Source: Paragordius varius
Taxonomy: Eukaryota; Animalia; Nematomorpha
Assembly (NCBI GenBank): GCA_964247055.1
Contig: OZ176050.1
Span: 6,138,001 to 6,202,000 of the forward strand
Direction: 5' to 3'
DNA length: 64,000 nt
The notes below the pieces were generated by a model that ran no database searches, had not been told where the DNA came from, and saw only the letters and a list, made by a program, of their open reading frames with translations. How positions within the stretch are numbered: the stretch's first letter is position 1; each line of letters starts with the position of its first letter. The translations under genes and the position numbers were made by a program. This document shows, piece by piece, positions 39,388 through 52,300 of the stretch.

Positions 39388-40079
39388 TAATTTCAAGTAT
39401 AATTATGTATCTTTAAAAAAATATTTTTAGCCGATTTCGAAATTTAGCATATATGTAGAACTTTTATTGCGCCATCCCGGCATTTTTGCGTATATTTTAA
39501 GAAAATTATTTCATTTTGGAAAGCAAATAATGGAAGTTTTGAGCCCACATCTTAAAATTAAAAATGTTGTTGACTTTTTATATGTAGTGTATTATTTAGT
39601 AATTTTTTGGATTAAGGCGTTTAGCTTTGTTTAAAAAAATTATATAAAAAATGTGATCAAATTTTGCCATTTTCTGATATGGAACATTAAACACAAAAAT
39701 CTAAATAAGTTGTTTTATAATTCGTAGTAGCCAAAACCAAAAGCACCATAGTATTCCTGATACATCATCCTATCAAAATATATATTCATAAAGTTATTTA
39801 ATCACCTAATTTTGAATGCAATTAAAATAATCGTGAATTTTCGATTAAAATCCATTTTTTAACATTTTTTAGTTTTTGAGTGCCGAACATAGCGTGTGGA
39901 CACCCATGCTATAGAAGTTAGGGTCTCATATCGAATACACGCATAAAATGGCTATTTTTTGGCCACTTTGTAAAATCCAATTCAATATAAAAATCATAGA
40001 TATTAAGAGTTGCTGGTACATAAAAAAGGAGCAGAGCTATGTGAACGAACATTATTCTAAAATATATGACCATAGCAAG

Positions 40080-40230
40080 AAGTAAATGATCGTCTTTGTG
40101 TAAAGGCTAGCCATTGTGTCCGTATAAAAGCTGTCTGTAATATTTGCGATCCTGCCAGGTGTTATCATTACTGTTGGAAACACTTAATTCATACCAAATC
40201 TTTACTCCAAGGTGTTACCATATTAAATGT
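40080..40230 (+). pseudogene. Possible remnant of a piggyBac-type transposase C-terminal cysteine-rich domain
   Basis: RLCVKASHCVRIKAVCNICDPARCYHYCWKHLIH fits the C-x2-C-x4-C-x3-C-[FW]-x-H ending of piggyBac CRDs; upstream frame interrupted by stops. Confidence 0.35.
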
Positions 40231-40414
40231 GACAAATTAGCCACACTATCCATAATTTTATAATGTTTTTTGTAAACGATAAAATAATTCTCGACAATAT
40301 TACAAATTAGAACACAATAAAAAACTATTTCTCAACATGATCGGGGTTGTTTAAAACTAAATATATCATTTATTTTATCAATTCGAATATAGATATCACA
40401 ATCCTTACAAAAAT

Positions 40415-41293
40415 TTAATCAATAATATTTTTGGCAGTTTTATCTACAGATTGGTTATTTACAGCAGTCGATAATGATAATTCGTGACTGATATATTTTA
40501 GAAATTCCTCACAATAATGATTTATCTTTTTAAATTGAGATTCTGTAAGATCCATAGTAGTCTCTTTATATAAGTCCGGCAAAATGGCAAATAAACGTAA
40601 TAAATGCCTTAGTCCCAAAAACGTTGAAGGCTTTATCAAATTTATCTGGGATTTTAATGGTAAATCGTCATTGATATCCATAGAGTCGGTTTCAAGTACC
40701 GTACTTACGTGTTTATTGTAGAGAGACCGTTCTGGTTTATACAAAAGTTTTGGGGCCAGTAATTTATCAAAGTAGGCTATAATAGCCCGACTAAATTCGA
40801 GTCTTGATTCGCGTTCCACCAAATAATGCTTAATAAGAAGCCTTTCAAAACTAGGCTTCGTAGATGTAACCGATTCAGAATCCGAAAGGGCTAAAAGGTG
40901 ATTATATATATCATTAGATAGAGCATCCATACATTTGGATATATCTGCTTTGGGATAGGTACTTACAGCATTAGTCAAGTCACTCATGAGATTCGTTAGA
41001 ATGTATGATTCAATAATTTGCTCAACGTTATTTTTAAGAGAAAATTTTTCGAATTCTTCTTCGGATAAATCAAATTTTTTAATACTTTTACCCAAATTTA
41101 TATCGACATAATCTTTAGCCAATAATTCTTTAAGATTTTCTGGGATTTCATAGCTGAGTGTCGTTTTAGCGATTTGACTTCCTGGACTGTCAACTTTAAC
41201 TTCTTAAATTTAGGAAAATCAAGAACCTTTTTCATCTGGCGCTGCATGACGGCCTGAAGGCTTGCGTTTTGCTAAAATTCTTTTGCTACTCAT
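40415..41293 (-). CDS. MRG-domain-only protein (MRG15/MSL3/Eaf3 family, no chromo-barrel; 284 aa)
   Basis: Exon 1 (41293-41227), a 24-nt intron, exon 2 (41202-40415). Motifs YEIPENLKELLAKDY, AYFDKLLAPKLLYKPERSLY and GLRHLLRLFAILPDL; basic N-terminus KRILAKRK. Confidence 0.85.
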
Positions 41294-41391
41294 GGTTCTT
41301 TTTCAAAATGTAACCAATAGCTTAGTAATTCATGCAATGAAACATGTGAGTTAATAATTTGAATTTAAAAATTACTTTGTTTTATAACCAA

Positions 41392-41695
41392 ATGGAAACT
41401 TTTGAAGTTGGAGAAACTATTTTTTGTTATCATGGACCTTTAATATACGAGGCTAAAGTAAATATTTGAAATACTAATTTCAGATTATAAAGTTAAATGA
41501 AAAATTACCAATGAACGAAAAACGATATTATGTACATTACAATGGATGGAATAAAAGGTTCAGAAAATTAATTAAAAAACAAAATATATAAAAGGCTAAT
41601 ATTTTTATATAAAATATATTTCCATTTTGATTTTTCATATCCTATCGGTTCTGGTTCCCAAATTATAATTAATGATTAAAATGGGGTAGTAGTTT

Positions 41696-41735
<40 letters not shown>

Positions 41736-44700
41736 TCAAATCAAATAGGTACAAATATGAAAATATTAATCTTTTCCTTTTGTTTATGTTAACAGTCATT
41801 CTATATGCCAAATATTTTAAATAAAAACTATTTTTGTTTTATAGTTGGGATGAATGGGTTGATAACAATCGAATGCTTAAACACAACGCCGAAAATATTA
41901 ATCTACAGAAAGAACTTAAATATTTGATTAATACGTATATTCTATATTTCTACGTTTAGCAAAAAGGAGAAAGCTGAAACATTAAATACAAAACCAATTA
42001 GTAAATTTGGAAGTTTAACTCCTATTGAAAGCGACATAAAAGTAAAATTATTTATTTATTTTTTAATTTGCTAGAAAAACTCCAAGATTCATTCCAAAAT
42101 TAAGGATAACACGCTGTCAAAAAATGATATTAGCATAAAATCCGAAATCAAAAACAAAAAGATTACCACCGTACATGAGACTTGTTAGTAAAATTTTATT
42201 TTTTTCCATTTGTTATAATATATATTTTATTATTAGGAAAAATTAATTAAGTATGTTAATTTTTAACTTATAAACCTTAATTTTATATCAATATAGCACA
42301 AATTTTAGTAGATGTGAAACTTGTCATGGATAACCTTAACCAGCCATCCCAAACTCTTAATCATACGGTTTTATTGTAATTTAAAATAATTTATTTATTT
42401 TTTTGCATTAAGTGGAAAACCTCCAAGGACATTATGCGCCTCATGACCCTTTATATGAATTTTTTTATTAAATTAATGACCTTACTTTTTTATTCGCGAT
42501 GACATATTGGGGTAGTTTTATAATCCAGAGATCAATCTCATAAATTATATACTGTTTTGAAAATAATTTTATTTAAAATTTAATTATCATTGTTCTCTTC
42601 TTATATTTTAATATTTTTTTAAAAACTAGTAAGATTTTAAAAGGTTTTGAAAACAGTTATAACTCAAAAATTATGGCCATATATAAATATCAGAAATGTG
42701 CACGATGAGCATCATTATATTATTATTTTTGGGCCATGTTAATTAAAAAACTTATTATGAGGGGCGAGTATGCTTATTTATTAGATGTCAAAATCTTAAA
42801 AAATAAACAATCTTTTTAATATATTTCATTAGCACTTCAAGAGTGTCCTTGACCACTTTAAGTTGGTCCTTGAACATTTCAGTTGGTCCTTGAACACTTG
42901 AAGTTGGTCCTTAATTTTAAAATATTGTTTTACACCATTATTTTTGCATGTATTATCTTATTATTTTTTACCTAATTTTCTTTATTTATTATATATTTAT
43001 ACATTAAAAATCAAAAATTTTTATTCAAAAAAACTTTTTTGTTTCATACTAATTTTTTTCCAATTTAACAAAATTATTAACTTTTAAAGGTTTTAATAAA
43101 AAAAATCAAAATAATAACCCAGAAACTTATATATTTTTTAATTACGTGTTAAAATCTTATAAATATCCAAAATAATTTTACTAAATAAAGAATACGGTTT
43201 CTCAATAATTAAAAGTTGATATTGATTTGATATTTATGTTAAATAATAGAAAATAAGTTAAATACCATAAAATAGATGAATGATATACTATTGATTGATA
43301 AAAGTTAAAAACAAAACAAAATAGTCTAAGGACCAACTTGAACTGTTCAAGGGCCAACTTGAGGTGGTTAAAGACCAACTTGAAATGTTCAAAGACCAAC
43401 TTGAAGTGTTCAAGGACATTCTTGAAGTGAAAATGGTATATATTGATAAATGTATCCTTAATGCTGTGACTTTAATTTTTTTAAGCAATAAACTGAGAAT
43501 AAAAAATTGTGCGAATCAAAAGATTTATACCATTCCATGCGATTATAAAATTATACTTAAAATTATCGTCCAATTTTTGCTTAAAGCGGGGTGCGTATTA
43601 TACAGTGTGTTAATAAAAATCTAGCGAATTAAAAGGAAGCTCTTTTATGATCATCAATGAAAAAATATTGAATTTAATTGCGCTTATGCCTCAAAGACAT
43701 GAATTTTTATTAAAATTTTACTTTGTTAGATGAATTTATCATTTTTTTTCAACACATTCTCGACCGTTTTTTTGTGATCCATGTTATTTTTGCGGTGGGT
43801 AGATTTAAACACAGGGTTAATCAGATCATTGGTTCATTTATAAGGGAAAATGTAAATGGTCATTTATGAATATAATTTTACATAGGGTGGGCTCAAGCCC
43901 AAAGCTAATTTTAAAAAAGTATGAAAATTTATAAGTCGATAGATTTGGTACCAGTATTAATTACATATAGTCCTACACGTTTTCCGAAATAATGGTCTAT
44001 AAACATTTTTTGGGGAGAGGTGGGATTAAATGAGAAATCAATCAAAAAGTTAATGAAATTTGAATGAATCTCCAGACCTTTCTCAATTGCTTTAATGATA
44101 AATTTTTTTATATAAAATAAAATATTTTAAACATTTATAGCTGTATAATCCAGACATTGATTATCATAACTTAAGTAATCAAGTAAGGGAAAAGTTTTAT
44201 TTAAGACTTCATTTACCCAAAAACTTGCAAGCCTACCTTCTAAATGATTGGGATTTTGTGACTCAACAACAAAAAGTTTATTTCCTTAATTATTATTATT
44301 TTTTAATCTATTTTTTTTTTCATTTTTCTTGATTCATAATGTTTGTTTTATAGTTAATTAGATTACCTGCGCGTATTACTGTGGAAAACATTTTAGATAC
44401 TTTTATTGAATATACCAATTCTGATAACGGGAACAATATTTTAAAGTTGGTTTGTTATATGTTCATTTTCTATATTTTTATATAATTTCTATTTGAATTT
44501 TTTGGAAAATTTTTTTAGACAAAATTCATTAGATTATACAAACCGTATGAAACAATATTTTAACACATTGTTGGGATGTCAACTATTATATAGCTTTGAA
44601 AGACCCCAGTATGCTGATGTAAAATTAATTTTATATCAATTTGAAAAATATTAAATTTTAATTTATAATTATTTTTGAAGATTTTAGATTGTATATCTGA

Positions 44701-45754
44701 TGACCAATCCAATGATCATTTTAAAGGAAAATTTGAAAAAAATACTATTTCATCCCCAAATAAATTTACCTTTATATATGGTGGAGCGCATTTATTACGC
44801 CTGATTGGTTTGTAGTTTTATTTTCTATGATAATAAGAATATGAAATTTCTTTATTATAAAAATGCTTTTTTAAAGTTAATTTAAAATTGTTGGATGAAT
44901 TGTATATAAAATCTTTATTAGAACCCGTAAAAATCTAAAATTATCCTTTCTTGACGAATTTAACCATAATAAAAAGGTCATATGATTTTTTTATCAAAAT
45001 AATTTTCAATTAGTTTTTAGGTTAACAGATTAATGTAAATAGTAATCCGCACATTATAAAAAGCGGTTTAAATACTACATAATAAACGCTTTATATTTAT
45101 TTTATTTTAAAAATTCCTTAATGGATTTCGCATCTAGTTTTGATCTTTGATTTTAGCACTGCTGTTAGAACGGATAGAATCATATGCAATGGACCAAAAA
45201 AGTGCAAAGCAATTTGTTTCTACTTTTGATCAATTTACACGGTTAAAAGATTTATAGTATAATTATATTTATATACCATTTATACTTCAAATTCACCCTT
45301 GAACAATTGAAATTTACCCTAAAATAAATGAAGTGATTTTTAAGAGTAAATATTATATTTTTTTATATTATTAAAAAATGAAATTTTGTTTAAAATTAAA
45401 ATAATACTGAGAAAATAATAAACTATGCTATAAAGATATATTTTTATTAATGATGATTATGTTAGCCCGAAAACATATAATTTATTTTTAGGGTGAATTT
45501 GAATTGTTCGAGGGGAAATTTGAATTGTTCAAGGGTGAATTTGAGTTGTAAATGGTATATCATGTCAAATATTATGATAATATTTTAAAAATTTATTAAA
45601 ATGTTTTTAAAAAATTATTTTATTAATATTAAAATTTGTATAAAAAAATATATATAATTTTAATAGATTTTTATCCGTCAATGAATGCAGTTTACTCAAC
45701 ACGCCTCTTGAATATGAATGCGCTACCTCAGATTATTATCGAAAAATTATTTAG
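41392..45754 (+). CDS. MORF4L1: Mortality factor 4-like 1 / MRG15
   Basis: Chromo-barrel CYHGPLIYEAK...YVHYNGWNKSWDEWV in exons 41392-41457, 41484-41557 and 41845-41934. MRG domain LHLPKNLQAYLLNDWDFVT, YFNTLLGCQLLYSFERPQYAD, YGGAHLLRLI (44681-44807), 45157-45241 and last exon 45667-45754 (EYECATSDYYRKII*). Linker exons around 42300-44140 uncertain. Confidence 0.92.
42825..43436. mobile_element. TA(TA)-flanked MITE with 21-bp repeats, copy 2 (MRG15 intron)
   Basis: GCACTTCAAGAGTGTCCTTG ... CAAGGACATTCTTGAAGTGAAAATGG|TATA; internal sequence homologous to 16239-16880. Confidence 0.8.
45276..45555. mobile_element. Sibling TATA-CCATTT MITE (280 bp, MRG15 intron)
   Basis: TATA|CCATTTATACTTCAAATTCACCCTTGAAC ... 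GTTCAAGGGTGAATTTGAGTTGTAAATGG|TATA; 21-bp subterminal repeats. Confidence 0.75.
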
Positions 45755-48310
45755 TTATATATATAAATTATTATTTAATATTCAAAAAAATATCTATATA
45801 AATAGTTTTTTAAAAGACTACTATTAATCCACATATAAAATAGCATATTTAAGAATGTGAGTATAGACTTGTTTTGGGGGCGGCCTTTGATACGCTTATG
45901 TATTTAATCAATTTTTTGCGATAAAGTGTTATAGTTTAAGATTTACCGTTATAAAAGCATATAAAATTGGCAATGTTCTGGTTTTTAAGGATTATACTTG
46001 TTATGTTTATTTTACATTTTCCGTACTTTTTAAAAAAAATAAACAAAATTTATATATAAACCTAATTATTTTTATGATCGTCGAAATATATTTATATTCA
46101 GTAGAATATAGTTAGAAAATTAAGATTATAATCCGGTTATTTTCTATATCGGACATAAATCAATTAGATCTTAACAACCGGTCCAAAAGATCTTTAACTA
46201 AAATCTATAAATTATAGTATAATATGTTACTAATATTTCCTGTTCATCATTCAATATTTTAAATTAAGGAATTAATTCGTTGTTCTTCAATCAAGATGAT
46301 TAATAATTAATTAGTGTTTAATTTCCATTTTAATTGACAAATTATTATTGCTCATAAATATAGTCTTTGTAATAACTTCTTAATTAATATTGTAAACTTC
46401 ATTATATAATTTAATTGACGTTCAATACTTTTTATTTATACCTAATTTTTCATTCAAGAACGACATATTTCCATTCAATAACTAATCAAAACACACATAA
46501 AAACCTAATTAGTCATTTGGTAGGAGCAGTGTAACAAGCTTTTCCGGCTCCCTATGCATAAAATAGCCCCCCATTTTTGTAAATGTTGTCAAAAAATTAA
46601 AAAAACTTGAAAAAATCTTAATAGGCGCCCTTTAGTTTATGACACCCTGGGCATGTGTAAAAGCCTTCCACCTTCCACTTAACCAATGATGAAAGGTCTA
46701 ATTACAACACACAAAAATGTGAGATTAAATTTTGAAGAGATATCTTTAAGCAAAAATTATAATGTTCAAAGACCAACTTAAAGTCTATAGAGATCAATTC
46801 ATAGTGTCCATTTACCAAATATTTCAACATGTTTAAAAAAACTCGTCGCTAATCTAGGAATTAAGTATATTAAACTTTAATTAAAAGGCCGGGATAAATC
46901 ATAATTAAAATTTAAAACATTTTTGGCCTAAATTTTGAATTTAAATAGATAAGAATATATATATATATATTTAAACAATGAAAAAGACAGGTTTAATTTA
47001 GTTCTTGAATAAACCCCCATATCGCATAGGATAAAAAGGGACTGCCGAAGATTATTTTACAAAAGCTATACATATACCCAGTTATTTTTCCCGCTATTAA
47101 CAACGTATCATGGTTTTAAAATGTTATCAAAGGTTAAATAATCCATTGAATTCGAATTAAGATTTCATTTATATTAGCGCAGTGCCTAACGAATTTTTTG
47201 ATTTATATGTTAGGCCTCACGTCCTTTAAGAATCATTTAAATTTCCAAGTCTCTAAAAATTGTGCTTTAAGCCATCGGAAATGGAACAGTTTGAGTCTAA
47301 TTATGTAAATGAGTACATCATTTCGGAACGCGCAGATTGGAAAAGCGCCTCTTTGAATTAGAGCCTGGAAGCTGACTTCTTGTGAAAAGTGGTTAATAGC
47401 AAAATAAATTCTTAAAAAATAATTACCAAGAGAAATTAAGCCTCCCCAATTGATAGTCAGAAAAGCTTAAAAATGATATGTAACATTTTAAAACGGTGAA
47501 ACTAAAATTTGTGGTTAGTAAAATTTAAGCCCCCTATTACAATAAAAAGGAAATGAAAACCACTTTCTTAACAAAATTCTTAAGTTTTAAAATTTATTTA
47601 CCCATAATATTGTTTAATATAAAATATAACCGGTGAGCCGTAAAATTTGCTATCATTAAAGCGGACAGCTGCAGGTAAGAAGTATCCAAATATCAAAATT
47701 CCACTTCCTATACTTAATTTCTACCATTAAACCTTATTCTAGATTTTAAAATAAAATATTATAATCATTATATATATGGTGATGTTTTTTAATCATTTTA
47801 GTATATCCTGAATAAACAACGAAAAAAACTTGGGGTAATAACACAGTTGCAAAAAATTATTTATAATAGACCGGCATCAAACCAAGAGCGCAAATTATGC
47901 AACTTTTGTTTTGTTAATTAAACTTTGACATTTGAGTTTATATATATAAATGTTAGAATGTTAGCGCAGCAATTTTTCATTACATTTTTTAATGTGCCAT
48001 AAATAAAAAAAAGGTATCAAACCGCAAGAGTATTACAAATTTTCAACTTTAATTTGAATGCTTTTTTAATTTTTGTAAATTGTTCGTGAATTTTTTCAAA
48101 ATAGGTGTAGGGTAATCAATGATTCGGCATAATTAGATATATTTACCATAAATCAAATGTAATCGCTTAAAGTTGTATCATCCCATATTTTTGTGAAAAT
48201 AAAAATGATTTATCATCATAGTTAGTCAATTAATTTTTGCTGAAATCATTAATAACATTTAAAGTTATTATAAATAACATTTTCCCGCATAACATCTTAA
48301 TATTGTTGAA

Positions 48311-48601
48311 ATGAAATACTTTGGAATATTATTGACCATTTTTTTGGTTGCTTTTGCCCTAATAGTGCCAAATAGTGCAGGTTTTAAACTGTTAAATTAT
48401 TTTAGATGAATATCAAGTTTGCAAGGGACGAAAAGCAGGTAAGAGGTCAAAATAAAATCAAAATGTTAAAATAAATCGTTTTTAACTCTTATTTTTATAT
48501 TTTAGATGGAGCCTATTTCGAATGCCGGAGACAAAGTTAAAATTATAAATTTATATATGATTCAGGCGATAGGAGTCAAGTGATGTGCAAGGCTGGAAAA
48601 A
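48311..48601 (+). CDS. Small secreted Cys-containing protein (3' exons unresolved, possibly to ~49200)
   Basis: MKYFGILLTIFLVAFALIVPNSA (signal-peptide-like), then introns of 25, ~67 and 30 nt give DEYQVCKGRKADGAYFECRRQSDRSQVMCKAGK. Further exon-like patches at ~49034-49063 and 49132+. Confidence 0.55.
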
Positions 48602-48730
48602 GTATACATTTATTTTTTATCAATTTTTTATTTTGGTATGCAATGAGGTTAGTTGCATTCTGAGAAAGGAAGCGGTCAAAGCTTTAAAAAAATAAATAAA
48701 ATATCTTTGATTATATGCCATTTCTATATA

Positions 48731-48962
48731 TTTATGTTAAAATAATAATTTGTATTCTCGTAAAATTTATTGAATTCAAACTATATCCAAAATTTTCGAT
48801 ACATGAGAGTATCTTTTTCAATGGATTTACTAAAATAAAACAAAATATTTTGTTTTATTTTAGTAAATCCATTGAAAAAGATACTCTCATGTATCGAAAA
48901 TTTTGGATATAGTTTGAATTCAATAAATTTTACGAGGATACAAATTATTATTTTAACATAAA
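48731..48962. repeat. 232-bp spacerless palindrome
   Basis: 116-bp arms centred between 48846 and 48847 (CAAAAT|ATTTTG); one mismatch (TATTCTCG vs CGAGGATA). Confidence 0.95.
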
Positions 48963-49353
48963 ATATTCGTTCTCGTTGACAATATCTATATATTTATACC
49001 TGACTCGTGTAATTATTATTTTGTTATTATATAGTGGGTCCACCTACGGTTGGAACGCATCCAAGTAATATCATAATTTTAACATTTCAATAAAAATTAT
49101 TAAAAATTAATTGCTATATTCACATTTTGTAGGTATGCATCAAGCCATGCTAACCCTAAATGTTTAATGACTCATATGAATATGCCTCAAATTTCATATA
49201 TATGAATATATATATATATATATATAGATAGATAGATAGATTCAAAAATTAGTTAACATAGCCTATGCTAAAAATTAATTTATTATGCTTGTGGTAAATA
49301 AATTTAATTTATAAATTCATATTGTCATTTTGATAAAAAAATAAGGTGATTTG

Positions 49354-52300
49354 TTACACCAAAAGAGGAGAATCTAATGCCCCAAATCCTGCCATTATTC
49401 CAGTTTCATTTTCAGTAATTGGTTTGGACCTGAGTAGTAGCCCACCATAATCCGAATAAATTATTTCGTTTTGGGGCGAACTATAAACGAAAAAAAAATG
49501 GGAAAAAATATATTAAATTAAATGATAAATGAAAGTTATAAAAAGATAAATGACCCTACCATAAGACAGTCCCAAAAACACCCAATTCACTAACAACCGG
49601 TGTTTCAAAGTATTGATATCTTGATTCCGTATTTTTGTCACTCTTTTCCACTTTTATCGGTTTAACAATATAGTTTAGTGAAGATACCGGGTTAATTTTT
49701 TCCATAACCACAAATGGTAAAAATCTATGTATAAATGTAAACAATAATTTTATACTTTTTACCGAGTATATATAACTAAATATATTTAAATAAACTATGA
49801 AAAAAGTAGATTTTAAATCAGCTAGAATTAATTATTTATTATTATGGTTTACAAATGCCACAAAATATATACTTGTATTTTATGTTAATTTGCAGTATAT
49901 AGCGGAAATCTACTTATACTTGTTAATGTATAAACAATGCAAAATACCATTGTTATAAATATAGATTACTTAAGTCTTTTAAGGTCAATCAATATTAAAT
50001 GCAAAGGTATATTTGAAGTTATATATATTTTTGTGTATTTTGGCAAAACACTTTCATTAGAAATTACATTAGCGTAAATAACTTTACAAGTCCTCCTTCC
50101 ACACGAAATAATTCCAAAATATTTAATGATATATAGATGTTTAATTAGAAATATTTGCAAAACCAACCGTCTTTCATTTTTTTACATAATAATCATGCGT
50201 GATTAAAAAGTTAAATTTATCTTTATAACATATAAAATAAAATATTTTAATTTTAAATCGATTTGATCAACATAATTAAAAAGTTTGTAAACATACTCAT
50301 TATTGTTGACGTTGGACCCTGTAAGACAACCTTTATATTTGACCAAATAAGCCAAAGCATCTTCACCATACAAATTATGCCCTTATAAACGTAAATTTAT
50401 ATTAATTACAAATAATGCTCTCAGATCCATAATTGTCCTAAAAGATTTATAAAATGTTTTTCTTTAAAAGCTCTTACTATATTATCTTTAATAAAATAAA
50501 CATAGTACAATTAGAAAATAATAAGAATTGCACTCATCTTAAAATATAATATTTGGATAAAAACGATTTTTTAATAGGTAATAATAAGCATACTAAAAAC
50601 TAATCATTATAAAATTTTTACCTCCGCCCTCTCGTAACGGTTTCACAACTATATCCTTATAATTTTTGATGGTATAATCAATAATCGACAAATCTTTGGG
50701 CTAATGTATATACATATACACATATTAAAAATTTATCAAAATAAAATATCAATCCTACTAAACTCTTTTATACATAATTACTTTTTGATTAGGGTCAAAA
50801 GCATATACTGCATGAAATTTGACTATACATTTACGGTAAGTTTCTATTTCATTTGGTTTTAAAATGTGGCCAAAATATTTTTCAAGGACCCCATCATAAC
50901 TTAACATTTCTTGGACGCGTTTTATACCGGCCAACTGGAATGCAATTGAAGGACATTTTATAGTTGAAGTACAGGATTCGATAAATTGTCTTACTCGCCA
51001 ATCCTGTTAATTAAATGTTTATTAAACCATATCAAATAAGTAAGAAAAAAATTAGCAATATTAATATCATATAATAGTATGTTAATTATGCTACAAATTT
51101 ATTTTTATGAAAGAGAATATAAAGCAAAATTATTTTAGGTAGGCCGGAGGTTAAAGAAAATACCCTATCATCCTCATAATCATTGGGAGAGTAACCTGTT
51201 CTATAATAGACAATCGATATTTCTAATTCATCTCTAAAAAATTATAAAAAATATAAATAAAGTGCGCGCCTTAATTAAAAGATCTATGTAAAAAAGAAAA
51301 TGTTAGCTTTGGAGCCTTTTTCTAAAAAACGTGTATTCAAATTCAAAAGCGTTTTTTATTCTTCATAAATGCGCAAGTGCAAAAGCACTTTTTTGAATTA
51401 GGCCCTCGTTATGCCCCCACCTCGTGTGGAAAAAGGTGTAATTCGTGTTTAAAAGCAATTTTCCGGAAGGGAAACACATTTCACATAAGTATATATAATC
51501 ATGAAAGTGTCGAACATAATTGTATGCCATTTTTATATTCGCCCTGTGTTTGGCCGCTACCCCGATAAAATCACGTCTTTGCATCTCGCCAGAAATAAAA
51601 CTTTGATTTTCGCAAAACTCATGCGACCATATGATTTTATTAGTCATATAAAAGTAAAAATTTTAATGAGAAACCAATCTTAATCAGCCCAAGATTAGGA
51701 CCCCATCCTAAGTTAAATACGCCGTTATTTAAAAATAAAGTGGTATCAATATTTCGCATAATGTAGTTATATAATCTTTATGGGTAAACTTCTCGTATAA
51801 AGGTAGATTTTTAAAGTAAAAAATTTATAGTAGGGTCCGACCTTTTAAAATATACGAGCATATAAAATAACGTGACTTTCAAGGCAATTTTTCGCAATTA
51901 TTTAAGATCATATATATAATGGCCCTAACTAATTGACCTAAAAAAATTTGATGATTAATTAAAATTATCCCACTTGACCACTACCCTGTTTAAAATAAGG
52001 CTCCAAACAATAACCTGCATTGTTTACTGCTAAAATATAGTAAATTCAATCGTGCGTAGTTATTATCTTATTTAAAATATATAATATATAACTAAATAAA
52101 CATACATTATGAGGGTGCTATCATCTGTTTTTTTCAAGCAGTCTCTAAGTTGTACAAAAGAACGTCTAATTATAGGGATAGGTTTGGAAAATGTGTATAA
52201 TTCATTTATCATCCATTCTATTTGCCGTTGATCATATTCATTGACCGAAAATTTTTCGACAACAAACAGTATTCCTGCACTAAAATTTAATAAAAATTTG

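Noticed and set aside
43288-43624. ORFs with heptad-like repeats (KDQLEMFKDQLEV)
   Set aside because: Translation of the MITE's 21-bp repeats, not a coiled-coil gene.
46980-47700. Possible degenerate P-element/THAP9-like transposase (FRWLKAQFLETWK)
   Set aside because: Only a vague motif resemblance; no catalytic motifs or termini found.
5704-49240. (TA)n microsatellites at ~5705, ~24650, ~41700 and ~49205
   Set aside because: Ordinary for an AT-rich genome.
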